Of a stretch of 64,000 bases of DNA, positions 57,244 to 64,000 are shown piece by piece; position 1 is the stretch's first letter; the number at the start of each line of letters is the position of its first letter. Below the pieces are notes generated by a model that saw nothing but the letters and a program-made list of their open reading frames with translations, was not told the DNA's origin and did not search any database. Origin of the DNA: Terriglobia bacterium (GTDB lineage Bacteria; Acidobacteriota; Terriglobia; 20CM-2-55-15); the NCBI GenBank assembly GCA_965206125.1, contig CBDBIN010000041.1, positions 155,674-219,673 on the forward strand, written 5' to 3'. Both the position numbers and the translations under genes were made by a program.

Positions 57244-57649
57244 CGGTAAAACCTATCCTTCCCCACCCGGGCAGCGACACGAATCCCTTCCGGACGGACG
57301 GGGGTCCGACTCACTAAATTCTACTGCAAGCCCGCACGTGCACGACGAGCACGGCAATTTCCGCCGACAGGCGCACTGATGCAAGGGAAAACCGAGGATG
57401 AACGAGGTGTGCAGTAGGTAGGCGCAATCCCACACAACTCCACCCTACTATAGGCGTGGAAGTCTAATCCTGTCAAGCAAATACTCGGGATTCAGGGAAG
57501 GATCGAATGCAGTTCCGGGAGGCCCGTTTCGACGCATGAAGCCCCCGGTCGGCGGATGGCAACGAGCGTCACAAAAAGCTGATAGAATGGCCGCCGTCTG
57601 ATTGCCAGCGCTATCCGATAAGGAGCCCTCTACGGGAATCGATACACTG

Positions 57650-59851
57650 ATGCCGAAAGTTCTTGCCACCGCCGTTGCGCTTGTTCTTGCCAGTTCTGTT
57701 GCACTCGAGGCCCGGCAATCGGGCCGCTTCGCCCGTGCCACGTTTACCGAGGTTGCCCCGACGATCGATGGCGTGGTCAATGACGCCGCGTGGGAGCAGG
57801 CGGAACCCATCACCGACTTCATCCAGAGCGACCCGATCCAGGGGAGCCCGGCATCTGAAGAGACAGTGGTCCGTATCCTCTACGACAACAGCTCGGTTTA
57901 CATCGGCGTGATCCTGTACGACGGCGAACCTGACCAGATTCTGGTCACCGACAGCCGACGCGATGCCAGCCTCGGGAACACCGATTCATTTCAGATCATC
58001 TTCGACACCTACCACGACCGGCAGAACGGTTTCGTGTTTGGGACCAATCCTGCGGGAATCGAATACGACGGCCAGGTCAGCAACGAAGGTCGGGGCGGCG
58101 GCGGCGGCGGGCGCGGGACGACACAGGTCGGTTCCGGATCCGGGTTCAACAAGAACTGGGATGCGAGCTGGACCGTGCGGACGAGCATCAACGAGCTCGG
58201 GTGGATGGCGGAATTCGAGATTCCACTCCGAAGCCTGCGATACGGAGACAAGCCCCAGACCTGGGGCATGAACTTTCAGCGCAATATCCGGCGGAAGCGA
58301 GAGCAGGTGTTCTGGGCACCGATCGAGAGGATCTACAATCTTTACCGGCTGTCCTCGGCGGGCGAACTTCAGGGCCTGGAACTCGAAACTCCTCGAAACT
58401 TCAAACTGACGCCTTATGTGGTTGCCTCGGCGGTGCGCAACTTTGCGAACGTCGAGGAGACCGAGGCCGATTTTGACGCCGACGGCGGTTTCGACCTCAA
58501 GTTCGGCGTGACGCCCAGCCTCAACCTCGACGTCACCTACAACACGGATTTCGCCCAGGTGGAAGTCGACGAGCAGGTTCTCAACCTCACCCGTTTCAAC
58601 GTTCGCTTTCCTGAAAAGCGGCCGTTCTTTCTCGAGAACGCCGGCCTCTTTGCGGCGGGCAAGTCGGGCGTGGACCTGTTCTTCAGCAGGAGTATCGGCA
58701 TCGATCGCTCGTCCAGGAGCGAGGTGCCGATCATCGGCGGCGCCCGCCTTAGCGGTAAGGTCGGTGCGTTCAACATCGGGCTGCTCAGCATGCAGACCGA
58801 CGACGTTCCCGGGATCACGGCCAAGAACAACTACACGGTGGGTCGCCTTAGCCGGGAACTGCCGAACCGCTCCAGCCTTGGTGGCATCGTCGCAAGTCGT
58901 GAGGCGACTGGCAAGCTTGCGCTCTCGGACGACTGGAACCGAACCTGGGGTTTTGACGGCAGGCTCGGCATTGCGCAATACATCGACTTCCGGGGTTTCG
59001 TCACGCGTACCGAGACCCCAGGGGCGAGGGCCGGCGAGTCCGCCTACAACTTCCGTGGTGAGTACAAGCGAGTCGGTGGAGACTTCCACGTGGAGTACAC
59101 CCAGGTTGACGATGATTTCAATCCCGAGATCGGATTCCTCACGCGGCCGGACGGATACCGAAACACCGACATCGGGTTCTTCATCCGGAAGCGGATGCCA
59201 CAACCCTGGCTTCGCGAACTGCGTCCCCACGTCTCGGTACGCACCTACTGGGACCTCGATGGTTTCAAGGAAACGGAGACGATCCACATCGACTCCCATA
59301 TCGATTTCGAGAGCGGGTGGTACATCAGCCCGGCCTTAGACGTCGAATACGAAGGCCTTAAGGAACCGTTCGAGATCGCCGACGGCGTTGTCATACCGGC
59401 GGGTACCTACCGAAACCTCGAGGCGGAATGGCGTTTCAACACGGATCAGAGCCGTGCTCTTTCGCTGACGTCAGGGATGACGGTCGGGGGTTTCTATACC
59501 GGTAACCAGCGGTCGTTCAACCATACGGTCGCGGTCCGCAGGGGCGCGAACCTGAACGCATCGTTGTCGTGGAGGCGGAACGACATCAACCTGCCCGAAG
59601 GCGAATTCGTGTCGAACCTCGTCCAGACTCGTTTCAACTACAGTTTTACGCCGCTGATCAACTTCCAGTCGCTAGTCCAGTACAACACCTCCGCCAGAAA
59701 CTGGAGCGGCAATTTTCGGTTCGGCTGGCAGAACACGGCCGGCACGGGCCTGTTTGTGGTCTACAACGAGACACAGCGGCTGGAAGGGTTGGGACCCATC
59801 AACCGGACCTTTATTGTCAAGTACTCACGACAGTTCGACGTCTTGCGGTAG
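57650..59851 (+). CDS. DUF5916-family outer-membrane protein with N-terminal carbohydrate-binding (CBM9-like) domain
   Basis: Signal peptide, then DGVVNDAAWEQAEPITDF...DSFQIIFDTYHD..NGFVFGTNPAGIEYDG, then a long beta-rich region. Confidence 0.5.
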   Translation: MPKVLATAVALVLASSVALEARQSGRFARATFTEVAPTIDGVVNDAAWEQAEPITDFIQSDPIQGSPASEETVVRILYDNSSVYIGVILYDGEPDQILVTDSRRDASLGNTDSFQIIFDTYHDRQNGFVFGTNPAGIEYDGQVSNEGRGGGGGGRGTTQVGSGSGFNKNWDASWTVRTSINELGWMAEFEIPLRSLRYGDKPQTWGMNFQRNIRRKREQVFWAPIERIYNLYRLSSAGELQGLELETPRNFKLTPYVVASAVRNFANVEETEADFDADGGFDLKFGVTPSLNLDVTYNTDFAQVEVDEQVLNLTRFNVRFPEKRPFFLENAGLFAAGKSGVDLFFSRSIGIDRSSRSEVPIIGGARLSGKVGAFNIGLLSMQTDDVPGITAKNNYTVGRLSRELPNRSSLGGIVASREATGKLALSDDWNRTWGFDGRLGIAQYIDFRGFVTRTETPGARAGESAYNFRGEYKRVGGDFHVEYTQVDDDFNPEIGFLTRPDGYRNTDIGFFIRKRMPQPWLRELRPHVSVRTYWDLDGFKETETIHIDSHIDFESGWYISPALDVEYEGLKEPFEIADGVVIPAGTYRNLEAEWRFNTDQSRALSLTSGMTVGGFYTGNQRSFNHTVAVRRGANLNASLSWRRNDINLPEGEFVSNLVQTRFNYSFTPLINFQSLVQYNTSARNWSGNFRFGWQNTAGTGLFVVYNETQRLEGLGPINRTFIVKYSRQFDVLR

Positions 59852-59884
59852 CGTTTCATCACCCGGGACGTCCGGGAGACAGAA

Positions 59885-61225
59885 ATGAGTCGCCTTGCTT
59901 CCATCGTCGTCCTGACGTTTCTCACCGCAGCGACAGCCTTCCCCCAGAGCGCACTCGAGGACCAAGTGCGCCGGGAGGTGTCGTCGCTGATGGACATCTA
60001 CACGTATCTGCACTCCAACCCGGAATTGTCCTACTTCGAGCGGGAGACCTCTGCTTACCTGGCGAACGAGCTGAGGGAACTCGGGTTCGACGTCAGCGAG
60101 CAGGTTGGTGACTACGGTATCGACGGACGGCAGTCCTACGGGGTCGTCGCGGTCCTCGCGAAAGGTGACGGACCAACCGTGCTGGTGCGGACCGACACCG
60201 ACGCCCTGCCCATCGTCGAGAACACGGGCGCGGCGTTCGCGAGCACTGTAACGACTCGCGACGAGAACGACAACGAGGTTGGCGTGATGCACGCCTGCGG
60301 TCACGACGTGCATATGACCAGCTTCCTGGGGACGGCCCAGCTGCTGACACAGATGAGGGATCAGTGGAGCGGGACGCTGGTGCTGATCGCTCAGCCCGCT
60401 GAGGAGCGTGGGGCCGGCGCCGAGGCGATGCTCGCCGGTGGGCTGTTCAACCGCTTCCCGAAGCCCGATTACGGGTTGGCACTCCACGTCCACGCAAACG
60501 TCGAGGCGGGTAAGATCGGTTTTGCCAGCGGATACCACATGGCTAGCGTGGATTCCGTGGACATCACCGTCAGGGGGCGGGGTGGCCATGGCGCCTATCC
60601 GCACACGACGATTGACCCCGTCGTCATCGCGGCGCGAATCGTTACCGGTCTGCAGACAATCGTCAGCCGTGAGGTGTCCCCGCTCGATTCCGCCGTGGTT
60701 ACCGTGGGGTCGATTCACGGTGGAAGCAAGCACAACATCATTCCCGACGACGTTCACATGCAATTGACTGTGCGGTCCTACAAGCCCGAGGTTCGCCGCA
60801 GGGTACTCGATGGGATTCGGCGCGTCGCAAAGGGCGTGGCCGTTTCGGCCGGCGTGCCTCCCGAGCTGGAACCCATCGTGGATGTCGCGGAGGAAGAGTT
60901 CACGCCGGCAAGCTATAACGATCCGGAGCTGGTCGACCGTGTCGTCGGCGTGTTCCGGAATACGTTCGGCGATGACCGGGTGGTCGAGGTCGAGCCAGTC
61001 ATGGGAGGGGAGGACTTCTCCAGGTACGGCCTCCAGGAACACAGTGTCCCGATCTTCATGTTCCGCGTCGGAGTGGTGGATCCCGAAACGTTTCGGGCGT
61101 ACGCCGAAGCGGGCCGGACGCTGCCGTCGCTACATTCGAGCGAATTCCTGCCCGTTGCCGCCGAGGCGATCCGAACCGGAGTAACCGCGATGACTTCAGC
61201 TCTGTTGGAGTTATTGAAGAATTAG
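59885..61225 (+). CDS. M20D-family amidohydrolase (N-acyl-amino-acid amidohydrolase/HipO-like), secreted
   Basis: Signal peptide. Metal-binding blocks MHACGHDVH, ...AEERGAGA..., HGAYPH. Confidence 0.75.
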   Translation: MSRLASIVVLTFLTAATAFPQSALEDQVRREVSSLMDIYTYLHSNPELSYFERETSAYLANELRELGFDVSEQVGDYGIDGRQSYGVVAVLAKGDGPTVLVRTDTDALPIVENTGAAFASTVTTRDENDNEVGVMHACGHDVHMTSFLGTAQLLTQMRDQWSGTLVLIAQPAEERGAGAEAMLAGGLFNRFPKPDYGLALHVHANVEAGKIGFASGYHMASVDSVDITVRGRGGHGAYPHTTIDPVVIAARIVTGLQTIVSREVSPLDSAVVTVGSIHGGSKHNIIPDDVHMQLTVRSYKPEVRRRVLDGIRRVAKGVAVSAGVPPELEPIVDVAEEEFTPASYNDPELVDRVVGVFRNTFGDDRVVEVEPVMGGEDFSRYGLQEHSVPIFMFRVGVVDPETFRAYAEAGRTLPSLHSSEFLPVAAEAIRTGVTAMTSALLELLKN

Positions 61226-61378
61226 GAGTCCGAGCGCACGTGCGAACGTCCCAAAATCGTTGACAGCAAATGTAGGCGCGTTTACGTTTGCTCCTGATTC
61301 ACATCCCGAATTCAAGGAGCAGGGGCGCCCTCTAGCGGCCCGAACAGGGACCGCGTTTGCGATCTGAGGAGAAAGATA

Positions 61379-62695
61379 ATGGAAAGGTTTCTCAAGATGT
61401 CGGTTTCCGCTCTGTTGGTAGCCCTGGTTAGCGTCGGCTGTGCGCAGCCGGTTGAGGACGCGGTAGAGACAGAGCAGGAGCTGATAGCGCGTGCCCGGGG
61501 AATCCACGAGCGCGTCCTGACCATCGACACCCACGACGACATCCCGTTCAACTTCGCCACCGAGGAAGTCGACCCCGGTGTTCGTGGCAATCGGAGGGTC
61601 GACATCCCGAAGATGATCGAGGGGGGGCTGGACGTCGGCTTCTTCATCGTCTACGTCGGACAGGGCGACCGCACTCCCGAGGGAAATGCCCTCGCAAAAG
61701 AGCAGGCCATGACCAAGTTCGACGCGATTCATCGGATGGCCGAGGAAATGCATCCCGACAAGATAGAGATCGCGTATACGGCCGATGATGTGGAACGGAT
61801 CGCGGCTTCGGGGAAGCGCGTCGCCGCCATCGGCATCGAGAACGGCTGGGTGATCGGCAACGACCTTTCTCTGATCGAGACTTACCACGAACTGGGGGCC
61901 CGGTATGTCACCCTTGCGCACAACGGGCACAACGACATCGCTGATTCTGCAAACCCGAGTGAGCGGCTGGGTGATGAGGGCCCAGAACACGATGGCGTCA
62001 GTGAGTTCGGCGAACAGGTGATCGCCGAGATGAACCGGGTCGGCATTATGGTCGACATATCCCACGTGTCCAAGGCATCCATGCTCGATGCCGTGCGGCT
62101 GTCACGGTCGCCTGTGATCGCATCCCATTCGAGCACCACGGCGATCGCAGACGTTTCCCGGAACATAGACGATGAGCAACTGCTGGCCCTCAAGGAAAAC
62201 GGCGGCGTCATGCAGACGGTCGCCCTGGGTAGTTTCGTAAAGGTCACCACTGAACGGAATGGGGCTGTGGCCACACTGCGGGAGGAGCTCGGGCTGGGGG
62301 GGCGAGGTGGTCGTGGCGGCCGTGGTGGGGTCGCGGACTTGTCCCCAGAGGAACAGGCGGACCGGGAGGCACGTCAGGCCCAGTTCGATGAACGGATGGT
62401 GGCGATCGATGAGCAATACCCCGTGGCAAACGTTTCCGACTTCATCGACCACATCGACCACGCCGTCAACCTGATAGGGGTCGACCACGTTGGCATCAGC
62501 TCCGACTTTGACGGCGGTGGAGGCATTGTCGGCTGGAACGATGCCAGCGAGACGTTTAACGTGACGCTCGAACTGGTTCGACGCGGCTACACCGAGGAAG
62601 ACATCGCCAAGATATGGGGTGGCAACCTGCTCCGCGTCTGGCGCGAGAACGAGAGGGTCGCGGCCGCGACCCAAAGCCAGAACCCGGAGCGTTAG
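61379..62695 (+). CDS. Membrane dipeptidase (peptidase M19 family), lipoprotein-like N-terminus
   Basis: …IDTHDDIPF…, …VTLAHNGHNDIADS…, …IASHSSTTA…, …GIDHVGISSDFDGGGG…. Signal peptide with LVSVGC lipobox. The last six codons (QNPER*) overlap a REP-like core. Confidence 0.8.
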   Translation: MERFLKMSVSALLVALVSVGCAQPVEDAVETEQELIARARGIHERVLTIDTHDDIPFNFATEEVDPGVRGNRRVDIPKMIEGGLDVGFFIVYVGQGDRTPEGNALAKEQAMTKFDAIHRMAEEMHPDKIEIAYTADDVERIAASGKRVAAIGIENGWVIGNDLSLIETYHELGARYVTLAHNGHNDIADSANPSERLGDEGPEHDGVSEFGEQVIAEMNRVGIMVDISHVSKASMLDAVRLSRSPVIASHSSTTAIADVSRNIDDEQLLALKENGGVMQTVALGSFVKVTTERNGAVATLREELGLGGRGGRGGRGGVADLSPEEQADREARQAQFDERMVAIDEQYPVANVSDFIDHIDHAVNLIGVDHVGISSDFDGGGGIVGWNDASETFNVTLELVRRGYTEEDIAKIWGGNLLRVWRENERVAAATQSQNPER

Positions 62696-62703
62696 CGTCG
62701 GGC
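62678..62703. repeat. REP-like core copy (CAGAACCCGGAGCGTTAGCGTCGGGCC) overlapping the dipeptidase stop codon
   Basis: Matches the 26-nt core found at 39100-39660. Confidence 0.5.
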
Positions 62704-62848
62704 CCACCGTCCCCTCGCCGAACCTCGAGGTTTGGGAGGGCCCCTGGTGCGCCACAATGCCCAATCTGCGGGAACTCCTGCGCCGGGCCGGTCCCCCTAC
62801 GCCCCAGACCACCCGGAATTCCGCTCCACCAAGCGCGTAGGGAGGGGG

Positions 62849-62883
62849 CAGGGAACCCGGTCACTACCGTTCCCGGTTCTGAG
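62849..62883. repeat. REP-like hairpin module copy (GGGAACCCGGTCACTACCGTTCCCGGTTCTG)
   Basis: Perfect 7-bp stem GGGAACC/GGTTCCC with a 10-nt loop. Near-identical to copies at 29449-29483 and at 39295-39327, 39473-39505 and 39613-39644. Confidence 0.55.
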
Positions 62884-63118
62884 GACAGGGACCTGTTTTG
62901 ACACTCCGGCGTCAACTCGCCAACACTCGATGACGGGTATTTGACGGCATCTGAGCCCCACCTGTAGCAGGCCAACTGTTAAGTAGCTTATTTATAGAGT
63001 ATTTAGCGTCACACGAGACCCCTCGTTACCCCTTCACAAGATTGGCATTCTATGTGCCTTAGTCAGAAATGACTGCCTTCGAGGCCGCCAACAAGATTTG
63101 CCGCACAGGAGGTGCAGC

Positions 63119-63559
63119 ATGGTTGCGAGGGAATTTTTGAATGAATTGCGACAGGTAAGGGACGCTTTTCGCTGGGAGTTTCGGGGCGACATCGATCAGA
63201 TTCGCGGTTTCCTCCGAACCGGGGAGACAGGGACGTCTTTCAATCCCATCACCGCACTGGCGTTCATCCGAAGCGGTCGGGCGTTCGCCCACGGAGACTG
63301 GCTTCGGGCGAGCCGGATCATCGGTCTCACCGAAACCGATGCCGACGCGATCGTCGACGCGGCGAACAACTGTCTCTGGACCTACATCGACGACGAGTTG
63401 GTGCTGAACGCCTACAACGAATGGTTTCGCACCGAATTGATCGAGGCGATCGGCCTGGAGTCGGATTTCGACCTGCCCGCCGAAGCGGTCGAACTGGAAA
63501 CGCTGGTCGAGGTCATTGCGGCTGCCAATGTTGCCGAAGCCGAACTTCATCATGTCTGA
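63119..63559 (+). CDS. Hypothetical protein (147 aa), translationally coupled to the downstream Clp-like ATPase gene
   Basis: ORF in the track. Its TGA overlaps the ATG at 63556 (ATGTCTGA). Confidence 0.35.
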   Translation: MVAREFLNELRQVRDAFRWEFRGDIDQIRGFLRTGETGTSFNPITALAFIRSGRAFAHGDWLRASRIIGLTETDADAIVDAANNCLWTYIDDELVLNAYNEWFRTELIEAIGLESDFDLPAEAVELETLVEVIAAANVAEAELHHV

Positions 63560-64000
63560 CCGAGGCATGGTGGTCCATGACAGTCTTGTCGGCACTGTGG
63601 CATCCAGTCCTCGGGAAGTTGCTCTCGACCCGGATGCCAGGAGTCCCGAAGTTCTCGATTTCGAGCGGCAACTTCGCTCCCGTATCATCGGACAGGAACG
63701 CGCCATCCGTCGGATGGTGAACATGTACCAGATCTTCCGTGCGGGTATGAACGTTCCCGGTCGGCCCGTCGGCACCATGCTATTCCTCGGCCCGACCGGA
63801 TCGGGCAAAACGCGCGTCGTCGAGGCGGCGTCCGAAGCGCTATTCGGGCACGCCAGAGCTTTCATCAAGATCGATTGCGCGGAGTTTCAGCATAGCCACG
63901 AGATCGCCAAGCTGATCGGCTCGCCGCCGGGTTACCTGGGCCATCGCGAGACTCCGCCGCTGCTGACACAGGAAGCGCTCGATCAGCACCATACCGAGAA
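63556..64000 (+). CDS. ClpA/ClpB-type AAA+ ATPase (D2/AAA_2-like module: sensor-1 IIGQ..A, Walker A GPTGSGKT), partial; runs off the window end
   Basis: Translation MSDRGMVVHD...RIIGQERAIRRMVNMY...GTMLFLGPTGSGKTRVVEAASEALFG...IKIDCAEFQHSHEIAKLIGSPPGYLGHRE matches the ClpB D2-type nucleotide-binding domain. No stop before 64000. Confidence 0.6.

Noticed and set aside
57250-57600. Possible additional tRNA or small RNA in the 400-bp divergent intergenic region between gspE and the DUF5916 gene
   Set aside because: No cloverleaf could be folded, and there are no conserved tRNA boxes. Likely just divergent promoter space.

Overview
High-GC (about 63-65%) bacterial contig. The gene content (ADOP-type PadR/FtsX permease pairs, many Ser/Thr-kinase/TolB-propeller paralogs) fits Acidobacteriota-like genomes; that is an inference. 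The window has three parts.

1. Bases 1-22000 are a heavily eroded accessory region.
- An N-truncated Ser/Thr kinase-TolB gene (3635-6334) sits next to IS110 and IS256 transposase fragments.
- Two near-identical IS30 copies in inverted orientation (7388-8600 and 11669-12882) bracket a kinase/TolB pseudogene, which is itself split by an IS1380-like element (9180-11027).
- A further run of kinase N-terminal and propeller C-terminal gene fragments follows (12908-13901, 19577-19860).
- Two orphan copies of the about 23-codon kinase C-terminal tail (...NWFEELKERVPVP*) sit directly behind unrelated genes (1672-1744, 18740-18814).
- A tRNA-Lys(CTT) lies at 21822-21894.

2. Bases 22000-38100 hold housekeeping and accessory genes: DUF1028, PadR plus ADOP permease, PolX, queG, two tandem TMTC-like TPR membrane protein paralogs separated by an intact IS256 element (32353-33716), a tandem-REC response regulator, and hom.

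3. Bases 38200-57300 are a complete MSHA/T2SS-like type IV filament locus.
- It carries GspG-like pseudopilins, a prepilin peptidase, a GspA/GspB-like pair, a secretin, PilP, PilO, a PilM-N fusion, GspF and GspE.
- GspF is inactivated by a third IS30 copy plus a 1-nt frameshift.
- An adenylate-cyclase/Ser-Thr-kinase fusion gene is embedded in the locus.

A genome-specific family of short hairpin repeats (core CAGAACCNAGAGCGGTAGCGACGGGG plus hairpin GGGAACCCGGTCACTACNGTTCCCGGTTCTG) occurs at five or more loci and is tandemly amplified at 39100-39660. A 275-bp MITE-like palindrome (47641-47916) and an operator-like palindrome upstream of polX (27527-27637) are also present.

The 3' end encodes a DUF5916 outer-membrane protein, an M20 amidohydrolase, an M19 dipeptidase and a partial Clp-like AAA+ ATPase.
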